Assembly (NCBI GenBank): GCA_036782775.1
Contig: DAIPYJ010000006.1
Coordinates: 4,289 to 68,288, forward strand
DNA: 64,000 nucleotides
From: Candidatus Dormiibacterota bacterium
GTDB lineage: Bacteria; Chloroflexota; Dormibacteria; CF-121
Direction of reading: 5' to 3'
The position numbers and the translations under genes are program-made. This document shows positions 49,114 through 59,074 of this stretch, in pieces. Numbering within the stretch: the first letter of the stretch is position 1; each line of letters begins with the position of its first letter. Below the pieces are notes generated by a model that did no database searches, was not told the DNA's origin, and was given only the letters and a program-made list of their open reading frames with translations.

Positions 49114-51711
49114 ATGCAGAGCGCGCGAGGACCGAGAGTGAACAGCGCGGATATCCGCCGGCGTTTTCTCAACTTCTTCAACGAGCGGGACCACAAGGTG
49201 TTGCCGAGTTCATCCCTGATCCCGTTCGGCGATCCATCCTTGCTCTTTACCAGTGCGGGCATGGTGCAGTTCAAGCCCTATTTCCTGGGCCAGAGCAAGC
49301 CGCCGCATCCGCGAGCCGCCACCTGTCAGAAAGTGTTTCGCGCCGTCGACATCGACGTGGTCGGCCATGACGGGCATCACCTCACCTATTTCGAGATGCT
49401 CGGCAATTTTTCCTTCGGCGACTACTTCAAAGAAAAGGCGATTCCTTATGCCTACGAGTTCCTGACGCGGCAGCTCGGGCTCGAGGAGTCACGCCTGTGG
49501 GCCGGAGTTCACAACGACGATGACGAGGCCTACGAGATCTGGGTAAAGACCGGCATCCCGGCTGAGAGGGTCCGTCGCTTTGGTGACGAGTACAACTTCT
49601 GGGCCGCCGGTCCGACCGGTCCCTGTGGACCGGACTCCGAGGTCCACTACGACTGGGGCGAGCAGTACAGCTGTGGACGCCCTGACTGCGGGCCGAACTG
49701 CGAGTACTGCGACCGCTTCCTCGAGATCTGGAATCTGGTTTTTATGCAATGGAACCGGGATCAGGCAGGCAATCGAACCGACCTGGAACGAAAGGGAATC
49801 GACACCGGCATGGGCCTCGAGCGCATCACGGCAGTCGTCAACGGCTACCCGACGGCGGGTGCCCGGCTGAAACGGCCTCCTTCCGGCGTTTTTGAGACCG
49901 ATGCCTTTAAGCCGCTCATCGAGCACTGGGCGCAGGAGACCGATCACCCATATGGCGCCAACGCTCAGTCCGATGTCTCGCTCAAAATCCTCGCGGACCA
50001 CGCACGCGGCGCCACCATGCTGCTGGCGGATGGCGTCATGCCGGCCAATGACGGCCGCGGCTACGTGCTCCGCCGCCTGATCCGGCGGGCCATGGTCCAC
50101 GCCCGTCGTCTGGACGCCGACGCGACACTCTCCTCGGGGGTCCCGATCGTCGACGAGATTCTGGGCGCTGCCTATCCGGAGTTAGGGCACAAGATTGGAG
50201 AGATCCAGTCGATCCTGCAGGCGGAAGAAGATCGCTTTGCCGTCGCGCTGCGGCAGGGAACGGAACGGCTGCAAGGACTGCTGGAGCGGGGAGCGCTCAG
50301 CCCCGAAGAGGTCTTCTACCTGCACGACACGATGGGCTTTCCCGTCGAGCTGACGGCTGAGCTGGCACAGGAACGCGGCGTCACGGTCGACATGACGGCC
50401 GTGGCATCCCTGATGGAACGGCAACGGGAGCGCAGCCGCGGAGCGACTGCCGACTTTGGAGCGCCGGTCGCCGGGAGTGCGACGCGCTTCGTCGGCTATG
50501 ACCGTCTCGAATCGGAAAGCGTCGTCACGGAAATCTTTCCCGTGCCTGGCGACGACAAGGTCAGCGATGTGTTTCTCGATCAGACACCCTTTTATGCCGA
50601 GCGCGGCGGTCAGGCGGCGGACCGCGGATGGTTGCGATCGGACGGTTCGCAGTACGAGGTCGTCGATGCTCAATGGCAGGGTGATGCCATCCGGCATCGC
50701 GTGCTGATGCCCCCGGGCCGTCTACGGGTAGGCGACCCGGTCCGCGCCGCGGTCGACGCGGGCCGACGGCAGGCGATCGCCCGGCATCATTCGGCGACGC
50801 ATCTCTTGCACCGCGCCCTGAAAGACATCGTCGGCGAGGAAGCGAAACAAGCCGGGTCATCGGTCCAGGCGGAGTACGCGACCTTCGACTTCGGCTTTCC
50901 CCGGGCGCTCGAACGCGACGAGCTGGACAGGGTCTCCAGCCGGCTCAATCAGCAGATCCGCGCCAATCTCGAACGCCGCGTCGAACAGTTGCCGCTGGCC
51001 GAGGCGATGGCGAGTGGTGCCATCGCGCTCTTCGACGAGAAGTACGGCGAGGTCGTCCGCGTCGTGAGCTTCGGCGATTGGGCCCGCGAGCTCTGTGGTG
51101 GCACGCATGTCGAGCGTAGCGGGGATATCGGCGTCGCGCTGCTCTCCGGAGACCGCAGCATCGGAGCCGGCGTCCGCCGCATCGAGATGCGCGCCGGGGA
51201 GGCAGCCGAGCGGCAGATTCGCGAAGAGGAACGGGTGCTGACCCAACTGCAGGAGGCGCTTCGCGCCAGCGCCGGCGAGCTTTCGTCGCGAGTAGCCGCC
51301 CTCCAGGCTGAGGTCAAACGGCTCGAGAAAGACAGCGCGACGCTCCGCCAGCGGTTAGCCGCGGGCGGCACCGCTCGAGTGCAGGAGGCGAGCGTCAATG
51401 GCGTGCGCCTCGTTCTTCAGCGGCTCGACGAGGGCGAGAAAGAGCTGCTGGTCTTTGCCGATCAGACCCTCAACCGCGCGAATGGCAACAGCGTGGCGAT
51501 CGTGGTCAGCGGCCGAAACTTCGCGGTCAAGGTCGCGAGCCCGCTGGCAAGCCGGTTACCCGCGAACGACCTCGTGCAGGCTTTCCGCCAGGTCGCCGGC
51601 GGCAAGGGCGGCGGCCGAGGGCCGGTGGGACAGGGCGGGGGCATCGATCCGGACCGCGTCGAGGCGGCATTCAAAACGGTGCAGGACTACGTGCGGGCGC
51701 ACCTCTCATGA
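49114..51711 (+). CDS. alaS: alanyl-tRNA synthetase
   Basis: FLNFFNERDHKVLPSSSLIP, C-Ala domain, GGG C-terminus. Confidence 0.9.
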   Translation: MQSARGPRVNSADIRRRFLNFFNERDHKVLPSSSLIPFGDPSLLFTSAGMVQFKPYFLGQSKPPHPRAATCQKVFRAVDIDVVGHDGHHLTYFEMLGNFSFGDYFKEKAIPYAYEFLTRQLGLEESRLWAGVHNDDDEAYEIWVKTGIPAERVRRFGDEYNFWAAGPTGPCGPDSEVHYDWGEQYSCGRPDCGPNCEYCDRFLEIWNLVFMQWNRDQAGNRTDLERKGIDTGMGLERITAVVNGYPTAGARLKRPPSGVFETDAFKPLIEHWAQETDHPYGANAQSDVSLKILADHARGATMLLADGVMPANDGRGYVLRRLIRRAMVHARRLDADATLSSGVPIVDEILGAAYPELGHKIGEIQSILQAEEDRFAVALRQGTERLQGLLERGALSPEEVFYLHDTMGFPVELTAELAQERGVTVDMTAVASLMERQRERSRGATADFGAPVAGSATRFVGYDRLESESVVTEIFPVPGDDKVSDVFLDQTPFYAERGGQAADRGWLRSDGSQYEVVDAQWQGDAIRHRVLMPPGRLRVGDPVRAAVDAGRRQAIARHHSATHLLHRALKDIVGEEAKQAGSSVQAEYATFDFGFPRALERDELDRVSSRLNQQIRANLERRVEQLPLAEAMASGAIALFDEKYGEVVRVVSFGDWARELCGGTHVERSGDIGVALLSGDRSIGAGVRRIEMRAGEAAERQIREEERVLTQLQEALRASAGELSSRVAALQAEVKRLEKDSATLRQRLAAGGTARVQEASVNGVRLVLQRLDEGEKELLVFADQTLNRANGNSVAIVVSGRNFAVKVASPLASRLPANDLVQAFRQVAGGKGGGRGPVGQGGGIDPDRVEAAFKTVQDYVRAHLS

Positions 51712-52979
51712 TCAAGATCAAGGATCGGATCAAGCGCCTCCGCCGCGGATCGGACTACGAGAATTACTACACGGCGCTCGACATTGGCACGGAGTACATC
51801 AAGGCGCTGGTGGTCAAGCGCGAAGGCCGCAATGGCGTAGTCCTCGGAGCCTCGAAGCAGCGCCAGGAATACGCCGACATGCAGGGCGGCGTGCCAGCCA
51901 ACATCCAGGGCATCATCGACCGTTGCGACCGGGCGATGTCGCAGGCGGAGGACATGTGCGACACCATTCCCGGCCAGGCGGTGATCGGGATCGCCGGGGA
52001 GCAGGTCAAGGGCTTCAGCACCTCGATCAGCGTGCCTCGCTCCGATCCAACCCTCAAGATCACGGAAAACGAGCTGATGCAGACGCTGCAGCTGGTCGAG
52101 AAGCGGGCGCTACGCGAGGCGCAGCATGCGATGAGCCTCGAGCTGGGGGTCCCCGACGTCGACGTCAAGCTGATCAACTCGGCGATCACCGGCGTGAAGA
52201 TCGACGGGTACCCAGTCAATGACCCGCTGGGTTTCCAGGGCCGCACGATGGTGATCACGATCTTCAACACCTTCGCGCCACTGACGCACGTTGGTGCACT
52301 GCAGACGATCGCCTCGGAGCTCGACCTCGAACTGGTCGCCACGGTTGCCGAGCCCTACGCGATGGCACGCTGCGCGGCCACCGACGAGGTGTACGACTTC
52401 GGCGGGATCTTCATCGATGTCGGCGGCGGCACCACCGATATTGCCCTGATCCGAAACGGCGGCATCGAGGGGACGCGAATGTTCCCGATCGGCGGCCGGG
52501 TCTTCACCAAGAAATTGGCGGCGCGCTTTGGCATCTCGTTCGCCGACGCCGAGGCGGTCAAGCTGAGACATTCACGAAAGGAACTGCCGCCCGAGCACGC
52601 CGAGAAGGTCCACAGCGTGCTCGCCCGCGACGCCGAAGTCCTTGTCGAAGGCATCGCCATCACCCTGCAGGAGATGTCGAAGGGTGATCGCCTGCCCACC
52701 GCGATCTACCTTGCCGGCGGTGGAAGCGCCCTGCCTGAGCTCAAGGAGCAGCTCAGCCGCTTTCCGTGGGCCGAGAAGATGCCGTTTGCGCGCACGCCGA
52801 CCGTCACCCCGCTACGCCCGCTCGACATCCGGGGCATCTACGACTCGACCGGACTGCTCCTCGACCAGCAGGACATCACCCCGATGGGCCTCGCCTTCCA
52901 TGCCATTCAGCAGCAGTCCGAAGATCAGGCGCCGCTGTTCGGCCTGATGCGAAAGGTGCTGAAGGCGATGCGTGTCTGA
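51708..52979 (+). CDS. FtsA/PilM-family actin-like ATPase with C-terminal amphipathic membrane-targeting helix
   Basis: Actin-fold motifs DIGTEYIKALVV (phosphate 1), FIDVGGGTTDIALI (phosphate 2), AGGGSALP (adenosine). C-terminal PLFGLMRKVLKAMRV. ATGA overlap with alaS stop. Confidence 0.75.
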   Translation: MIKIKDRIKRLRRGSDYENYYTALDIGTEYIKALVVKREGRNGVVLGASKQRQEYADMQGGVPANIQGIIDRCDRAMSQAEDMCDTIPGQAVIGIAGEQVKGFSTSISVPRSDPTLKITENELMQTLQLVEKRALREAQHAMSLELGVPDVDVKLINSAITGVKIDGYPVNDPLGFQGRTMVITIFNTFAPLTHVGALQTIASELDLELVATVAEPYAMARCAATDEVYDFGGIFIDVGGGTTDIALIRNGGIEGTRMFPIGGRVFTKKLAARFGISFADAEAVKLRHSRKELPPEHAEKVHSVLARDAEVLVEGIAITLQEMSKGDRLPTAIYLAGGGSALPELKEQLSRFPWAEKMPFARTPTVTPLRPLDIRGIYDSTGLLLDQQDITPMGLAFHAIQQQSEDQAPLFGLMRKVLKAMRV

Positions 52980-53111
52980 TTCCGGAAAGTCTGATGCCAA
53001 CGGGCTCATCTTTCCCGAAGTGACCCCTTATCGCTGCGACAAAAGCTGACACCGTAGCAACTCGACAATCCGTGGCGTTTCCGTTATGAAAGGCAGCGGC
53101 GTGTTAAAACT

Positions 53112-54698
53112 GTGAAGACTCTGGCCAAGCTGCTCTACGTCGAAGCCGACGAGGAGATCACCGATCTCGTCGATCGCCTCCGCGATTTGAGCCTCGAAGA
53201 CGAGGTGACGTTCGTCGTCCCCGAGCGTGCCAGGTCACTGCAAAGTGCGATGAGCTTTCGCCTGCTCAAGCGCTATGCCGACAGCTACGGCAAGAAGGTC
53301 AACCTCGTGAGTGCCGATCCGCGGCTTCAGGCGATGGCGCTCGAGGCCGGCTTCACCACCTTTCCCACGATGGCGGCGTACGACCACGGGACTCAGGTTC
53401 ACCAACCGGCGCTGATCGACGAGCCTGACGTTCCTGTCTACCGCCCCATCGAATCCGGGCGCGCAATCGCAAGCACCGCTGGCGTGGCCACCCTGGAGCG
53501 TCCCAAGCAGGTCACGTCCGCCCCACCGAAGAAGGCTGCGCCTGGCTCGTCGTTGCCTTCGGGGCCGCCGCTTCGCGTCTACCGGCCCTACCTGATTGGC
53601 GCCGGCGTGCTGGTATTGCTGGGCCTGCTTGCGGGAATTCTGTATCTGCCGACGGCGAGCGCGGCGCTCATCGTCGCCGGGACGCCGATCAAGGAAGACA
53701 TCACGCTGAACGGCGCGCCCGGAGCGCAGACCAGCGGCGACCAGTTCGCAACGCAGGCGGTGCATGCGAGCCAGCAGCAGAGTCTACCCGGCACAGCGAC
53801 GGGCCAGAAGCCGGTAGCCGCTGTCGCGGCGTCTGGGAACGTGACATTTTCATATTCGAATTGCTTCATTTTCTGTCAGCCGATTCCCAAGGGCTGGACT
53901 GTCGAGACCGCCGATGGGGCCCAGAAATTTGCGACGCAAAAGGTTGCGAGCATCAACGGTACTGGTGGGAACGTCACGGTGCCGGTCGTTGCGGAGGCGG
54001 CTGGCGCTGCGGGCAACGTTGCAGCTGGCCAAATCTCAAAGATTCAAGGCAATGGCGACGACAGCATTACCGTTAGCAATGCCGACCCGACGACTGGCGG
54101 GGCTGACGCACGGACTGCGACCGTGATTCAGCAGTCAGACATCGACAGCGTCCGCGACGCCTATGCGAAGGACGCGACGCAGCAGGTTCAGGATCAGCTC
54201 AACAGCAAGGCGCAGGGAAAGAAAATCGTGCTCGTCGGCACCGGGGTGCAGGCGTCAGCGACCGCCGATCACAAAGTCGGCGACGAGGTCGGCGGGTTCA
54301 CGGTGACGGTCACGGTCGCAGGCGATGGCGTGGTGTTCGACGACGCTGCCGTGCAGAGTCTGCTCAAATCGGCGTTGCAACGGAAGCTGCCGCAAGGAAC
54401 CCAGCTCACCAGCGAGAACACCAAATTGACCTACGACGTCGCCAGCTCGAGCGCTGACGGCCACATCACCCTGAACGGCCATGCCTCCGGCTTCTATACG
54501 CCGGTTTACATCCAGTCGAACATCCGAGCCAAGCTCAAGGGCATGAGCCCGAGCAGGGCTCACGCCTTCCTGCAAACGCTGCCAAACGTGATCGACGCCA
54601 GGGTCACGCAGTCGCCCTTTGGGCTTCCCTGGCTGCCCCTGTTCTCGTCCCGGATCACGCTGCACTTTCAGGAGGTCGCCGGCTCCTCCAGCTCGTGA
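53112..54698 (+). CDS. bitopic membrane protein with about 175-aa cytoplasmic N-domain, one TM, and about 330-aa Gly/Ala/Thr/Val-rich extracytoplasmic beta-rich domain. Function unknown
   Basis: GTG start. TM LIGAGVLVLLGLLAGILYL. No recognisable family. 4-nt overlap with ruvX. Confidence 0.6.
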   Translation: MKTLAKLLYVEADEEITDLVDRLRDLSLEDEVTFVVPERARSLQSAMSFRLLKRYADSYGKKVNLVSADPRLQAMALEAGFTTFPTMAAYDHGTQVHQPALIDEPDVPVYRPIESGRAIASTAGVATLERPKQVTSAPPKKAAPGSSLPSGPPLRVYRPYLIGAGVLVLLGLLAGILYLPTASAALIVAGTPIKEDITLNGAPGAQTSGDQFATQAVHASQQQSLPGTATGQKPVAAVAASGNVTFSYSNCFIFCQPIPKGWTVETADGAQKFATQKVASINGTGGNVTVPVVAEAAGAAGNVAAGQISKIQGNGDDSITVSNADPTTGGADARTATVIQQSDIDSVRDAYAKDATQQVQDQLNSKAQGKKIVLVGTGVQASATADHKVGDEVGGFTVTVTVAGDGVVFDDAAVQSLLKSALQRKLPQGTQLTSENTKLTYDVASSSADGHITLNGHASGFYTPVYIQSNIRAKLKGMSPSRAHAFLQTLPNVIDARVTQSPFGLPWLPLFSSRITLHFQEVAGSSSS

Positions 54699-55123
54699 GG
54701 GTACTGGCGATCGATCCGGGCACGGTCCGTTTGGGCCTCGCCCTCAGCGATCCATCTGGAACCATCGCCCAGCCGCTTACCGTACTCCAGCGCCGCTCCG
54801 AAACTGAAGACCTGACCGCGCTCGCACGTCTCGTCGATGAGCATGCGGTGGAGATGATCGTGGTCGGGCTGCCGCGCACCATGGACGGCCGGCTGGAAGC
54901 GGCCGCGCAGGATGCCCAGGCGTTCGGCGCGCAGGTTGGCGAGCGGACCGGGCGGCCTGTAGCATACTGGGACGAACGCCTGACCACGGTGGCCGCCGAG
55001 CGCTATCTCATCGAACAGGGTAAGCGGCGCAACAAACGGCGCCAGGAAATCGACCGAATGGCAGCCACGTTAATGTTGCAGGGGTACCTCGACTACCAGC
55101 GCCGAGGCCGACCAGGAGGCTGA
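54695..55123 (+). CDS. ruvX: Holliday junction resolvase-like YqgF/RuvX
   Basis: VLAIDPGTVRLGLALSDPSG..., MIVVGLP. Confidence 0.85.
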   Translation: MRVLAIDPGTVRLGLALSDPSGTIAQPLTVLQRRSETEDLTALARLVDEHAVEMIVVGLPRTMDGRLEAAAQDAQAFGAQVGERTGRPVAYWDERLTTVAAERYLIEQGKRRNKRRQEIDRMAATLMLQGYLDYQRRGRPGG

Positions 55124-55408
55124 ATGCCAGAGTTTCCCGATGCGGACGGAGAGATCCAGACCATCGAGCTCGTCAACGAAAAAACGGGAGAAGAGGAAAG
55201 CTACGTCGTGCACGACGTGGTCGAGATCGAGGGGGAGACTTATTACGTCCTGCAGGCGGAGGCTGACGAGGATCAGGTCCTGATCCTGCGCCGCGAGGGC
55301 GAGTCCCTGGTCACGCTTGACGACGAGGAGCATGACCGGATCGTCGAGCAGATGGAGGCCTTCGAAGAGGAAGACGACGTGGACGAAGACGGTGGGACGG
55401 AGGGCTAA
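55124..55408 (+). CDS. DUF1292 acidic protein (YrzB-like)
   Basis: Conserved position between ruvX and mltG. Acidic IELVNEKTGEEESYVV..ETYYVLQ. Confidence 0.7.
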   Translation: MPEFPDADGEIQTIELVNEKTGEEESYVVHDVVEIEGETYYVLQAEADEDQVLILRREGESLVTLDDEEHDRIVEQMEAFEEEDDVDEDGGTEG

Positions 55409-56485
55409 CTGAATCCCGCTCGGCGGCTGCACGAATCGCCCGCCCCACGCCGTCGCAGCCGCCTCGTTGGTTGTCTCCAACTCGTCGCCGTCGTCATCGT
55501 TCTGCTCCCGGCCGCGGTCGGGATTCCCGGCGTGTTTGCCTACAACTGGGTCGACCATCAGCTCCACCAGCCGGTCAATCCCTCGACCGCCAAGGTGCGC
55601 TTCGTCGTTCAGCCCGGTTCCACCTTCCACGAGGTCGCCGATACGCTTCATCGCGCCGGGCTGATCGATAACGTCACGGTCTTCGATCTCTACGCCCGCT
55701 TCAAGCACCTCGACCGCAATGTGCAGGCGGGGGCCTATCAGCTCAGCCGGAACCTCAGCCCGGTCCAGATCCTGACCGCGCTCCAGACCGCCGTCCCGGA
55801 CGAGATCTACATCGCCATTCCCGAGGGGTACACGATCAAGAAGACCGCAGCTCTGCTCGACCAGGGCGGCGTCATCAAGGGCAGCGACTATGTCGCCCAA
55901 GCCGTCGCCGGCTCCTACTCCTATCCGTTCCTCAAAGACGTGCCGGCCGGCACCTCGCTGGAAGGGTTTCTCTTCCCGGACACCTACCTCGTGCCGAGAG
56001 CGGGTACCGCGAAGCAGCTGATCACGCTGCAGTTGAACGCCTTCGGCAGCCACTGGACCGAGGCGCGCAGCGGGCTGGCGGCCCAACGACGGCTCAGCCC
56101 GCAGCAGGTCGTCACGATCGCGTCGATGATCGAGCGCGAGGCTCGCTTCGACAACGATCGGCCGCTGGTGGCGAGCGTGATCTACAACCGCTTGCAGGCA
56201 GGCTGGCCCCTGCAGATCGACGCGACCGTGCTGTACGCCAAGGGGGTCTGGCAGTCGACCGTCACCAAGGACGACCGCAATATTCAGTCGCCTTACAACA
56301 CCTATTTACATACCGGACTTCCGCCTGGACCGATTGCGAATCCTGGCATCAAAGCGATCGATGCCGCGCTCCAGCCCGCGCAGACGGGCTACTTCTTCTA
56401 CCTCTCCGACCCCCAGGGCCACAACCACTACGCCCGCACCAACGACGAGTTCAACCAGCTTCTCAGGCAATACGGACTCCAGTAG
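55409..56485 (+). CDS. mltG: endolytic murein transglycosylase MltG (YceG-like)
   Basis: YceG domain. Frame open from DUF1292 stop and encodes the expected N-terminal TM (LQLVAVVIVLLPAAVGIPGVFAY) upstream of the first canonical start (ATG 55532). Start probably CTG 55409 or 55427. Confidence 0.85.
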   Translation: MNPARRLHESPAPRRRSRLVGCLQLVAVVIVLLPAAVGIPGVFAYNWVDHQLHQPVNPSTAKVRFVVQPGSTFHEVADTLHRAGLIDNVTVFDLYARFKHLDRNVQAGAYQLSRNLSPVQILTALQTAVPDEIYIAIPEGYTIKKTAALLDQGGVIKGSDYVAQAVAGSYSYPFLKDVPAGTSLEGFLFPDTYLVPRAGTAKQLITLQLNAFGSHWTEARSGLAAQRRLSPQQVVTIASMIEREARFDNDRPLVASVIYNRLQAGWPLQIDATVLYAKGVWQSTVTKDDRNIQSPYNTYLHTGLPPGPIANPGIKAIDAALQPAQTGYFFYLSDPQGHNHYARTNDEFNQLLRQYGLQ

Positions 56486-56505
56486 CGCCAAAGCGGGTAA
56501 GCCCG

Positions 56506-57341
56506 CCGACCGGTCGAGCCTGCTGCTCCTGGGGGACGACCCCGGTATGGAGCTCGCCGCAAGTCTCTACCAGGCAGCCTTCGATGCGGCGGGGCTCCCG
56601 ACGAGATGCGCGATCGCGCGCGGTGGGCTCAAAGATTTGGACGCCGCCGTGGCACGGCTCCGCTCGAGGCGCTCGATCACGGGGGCCGCGGTGCTGATGC
56701 CATACACGGTTTCGATCGCGGGCCGGCTCGACGGGCTGGGGCCCGAGGCGCAGTCCGCCGGGGCGGTGAATACGGTCAGTCACAAGGCCGGCAGATTGAT
56801 TGGCTGGAACACGGATCGTGCAGGCTTCGCGCGAGCCCTGGAGGACAGCGGTTTCACTGCCCGCGGCAAGGCGGTCCTCGTGCTCGGCGCCGGGGGAGCC
56901 GCCCGTGCGTGCGTCGACGTGATGCGGGATGAAGCCAGCCGGGTGTGGGTTGCGGCGCCCGACCTCGACGAGGCCCGCGTGCTATGTCGCGACCTCAAGG
57001 TTGCGGCCGGCGGGCCGACGCCGATCGGCACTCTCGCTCTGCTGGTCAAAAAAGTCGACCTGATCGTCAATGCCACTCCCGTCGGAATGGACGGCACGAG
57101 CATGCTCTTTCCGGCCGAGTGGCTGATGCCATCCCATTTTGTGTTCGATCTCATCTATTCGCCGGCGCTGACCCCGCTGGTCGGCGCGGCGCGCGAGCGA
57201 GGCGCCCGAGCGGTCAACGGGCTCAGCATGCTGCTTTTCCAGGCCCTCGCCGCCTTCGAGATCTGGGCGGGCCAGCCGGCGCCCGAGGCGCCCATGCGCG
57301 CGGCGCTCGAGCGCGCCGTGCTCGAACACCTGACGCCGTGA
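56506..57341 (+). CDS. aroE: shikimate dehydrogenase
   Basis: NTD substrate-binding region, VLVLGAGGAARA Rossmann. Start uncertain: CTG about 56520, or ATG 56361 giving a low-complexity extension overlapping mltG. Confidence 0.8.
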
Positions 57342-58009
57342 GCGGGCTCTTGCTTGCGCTCGCATGGGCGCTCGTGGGCGCTGCCGTCGGCACCGGACTC
57401 AATTTCTTATCGCGATGGCTGGCTCGCGTCGAGGAAATCGAGTTTCACCAGTCACTCCCCGAAGCGCTGCTGATGCCGCTGCTGGCGGCCGGGCTCTTCT
57501 TCGCCTTCGCCTGGCAGCTCGGCGCGCACCGCCTGCTCATCATCAATTCGGTCTACGCGGCGATCCTGGTCCAGGTCCTGGCGTTCGATCTCAAGACCCG
57601 ATACATCCTCGACCTGGTGATGTTTCCCAGCTGGGTGATTGCCTTCGGCCTCGCCTTCATCACCCCATGGACGCCCGGTCTCGGCTGGCCGGGGCCTGAC
57701 TGGCGAACCTCGCTCTTCGCCGCGGTCCTCGCCGGCGTCGTCTTCCTCGTGCTCTACCTTGGCGGGCAGCTGATCTTTGGGGCCGAGGCGTTCGGCTTCG
57801 GTGACGTCAAGCTCGCCGTCTTCATCGGCATGGCCACCGGGCTTTCGAATCTGCGTATGGTGCATGCCATCCTCTACGGGGTTTTCCTCGGAGGACTGGT
57901 GGCGATAATTCTGCTCATCACGCGGATCCGCAGCATGAAAGAGGCCGTCCCATACGGGCCGTTCCTGGTCACCGGCACGCTGCTCATCCTGCTCACCCAG
58001 GCGCCGTGA
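57338..58009 (+). CDS. type IV prepilin peptidase (A24 family)
   Basis: GTG start overlapping aroE stop. Multi-TM with FGFGDVKL catalytic Asp region. Confidence 0.8.
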   Translation: MSGLLLALAWALVGAAVGTGLNFLSRWLARVEEIEFHQSLPEALLMPLLAAGLFFAFAWQLGAHRLLIINSVYAAILVQVLAFDLKTRYILDLVMFPSWVIAFGLAFITPWTPGLGWPGPDWRTSLFAAVLAGVVFLVLYLGGQLIFGAEAFGFGDVKLAVFIGMATGLSNLRMVHAILYGVFLGGLVAIILLITRIRSMKEAVPYGPFLVTGTLLILLTQAP

Positions 58010-58485
58010 ACACGCGGGATCTGCTTCCGGGAGAGCGGATCCTTGCCAGCTCCTCGCGACACTGGATCGTCCTGGTGCGGCCGCTGGCCGCCACCTTGCT
58101 GGTGATCGCCGTCACCCTGATCGTGCTTTTGCTGCTCCCGCTTGTCGGCGAGCTGAAGCTGTTCCTGGCGCTGGCGGTCGTGGTCCTCGGGCTTGCCGCC
58201 ATCAACCTTTATTACTGGGCCTGGCGGGCACACGAGTACGTGCTGACCGACCAGCGGGTGATCCTCAACGAGGGCGTCCTCTCCAAGTTCTCGCGTTCGA
58301 TCGCGATCGACCGAATCCAGGATCTGACCACCTTTCAGGGGGTCTGGGGCCGGGCCTGGGGTTTCGGCGACATCGAGCTGGAGTCGGCGGGCCGGGAGAG
58401 CGCGGAGGTCCTGAGCACGGTTCCCCACCCCCAGCAGCTGCGCAACGCGATCTTCGCCCAGATCGAGGCGCGCCGCTCGCGCTGA
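58006..58485 (+). CDS. bacterial PH-domain membrane protein (YdbS/DUF304-like)
   Basis: Two N-terminal TM helices then PH-like domain VLTDQRVILNEGVLSKFSRSIAIDRIQDL. Confidence 0.6.
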   Translation: MNTRDLLPGERILASSSRHWIVLVRPLAATLLVIAVTLIVLLLLPLVGELKLFLALAVVVLGLAAINLYYWAWRAHEYVLTDQRVILNEGVLSKFSRSIAIDRIQDLTTFQGVWGRAWGFGDIELESAGRESAEVLSTVPHPQQLRNAIFAQIEARRSR

Positions 58486-58504
58486 TCCCTCTCGGTACAA
58501 TCGC

Positions 58505-59074
58505 TTGCCGGACATGGTCAATCCAAGTGATTTCCGCAACGGCATGACGATCGAGTGGGAGGGTGAGCTCTGGGTTGTGCTCGAGTTCCAGCAGGGGCAG
58601 AACGCCCGCGGCGACACCTTTTTCCGAACCAAGCTGCGCAATGTCAAAAGTGGCGCCATCATCGACCAGAAGTTTCGCGACAAGGACCGCTTCGCCCGGG
58701 CGCGAATCGAGAAGGTCCCTATGCAGTACCTTTACAGCGACGGAGACCGTCACTTCTTCATGGATCTGGAAAGCTATGACCAGCTGCCACTCAACGACGA
58801 TCAGCTGGGCGATACCTTGCAATACCTGAAAGAGAACACCGCGCTCCAGGTCCTGATGTACGATGGCCAGCCGCTCGGCGTCGAACTGCCGACCACGGTT
58901 GAGCTCAAAGTCACCGATACCGCCCCCGGCTTCCGTGGCGATACCGCCGCCGGCGGCGGAAAGCCGGCGACCGTCGAAACCGGCCTCACATTGACGGTGC
59001 CCTTTTTCGTCAACTCCGGCGATGTCATCCGGGTCGATACCCGGACCGGTGCCTACGTGGAGCGGGTGGCGTGA
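58505..59074 (+). CDS. efp: elongation factor P
   Basis: SDFRNGMTIEWEGELWVVLEFQ ... KPATVETG. Probable start ATG 58514. Confidence 0.9.
   Translation: MPDMVNPSDFRNGMTIEWEGELWVVLEFQQGQNARGDTFFRTKLRNVKSGAIIDQKFRDKDRFARARIEKVPMQYLYSDGDRHFFMDLESYDQLPLNDDQLGDTLQYLKENTALQVLMYDGQPLGVELPTTVELKVTDTAPGFRGDTAAGGGKPATVETGLTLTVPFFVNSGDVIRVDTRTGAYVERVA

Noticed and set aside
56334-56505. ATG 56334/56361 as aroE start giving a 50-aa Thr/Ser/Pro-rich N-extension overlapping mltG
   Set aside because: Low-complexity sequence that is the out-of-frame shadow of the mltG C-terminus. The conserved AroE N-domain begins about 56520. Start left as uncertain rather than adopting the overlap.
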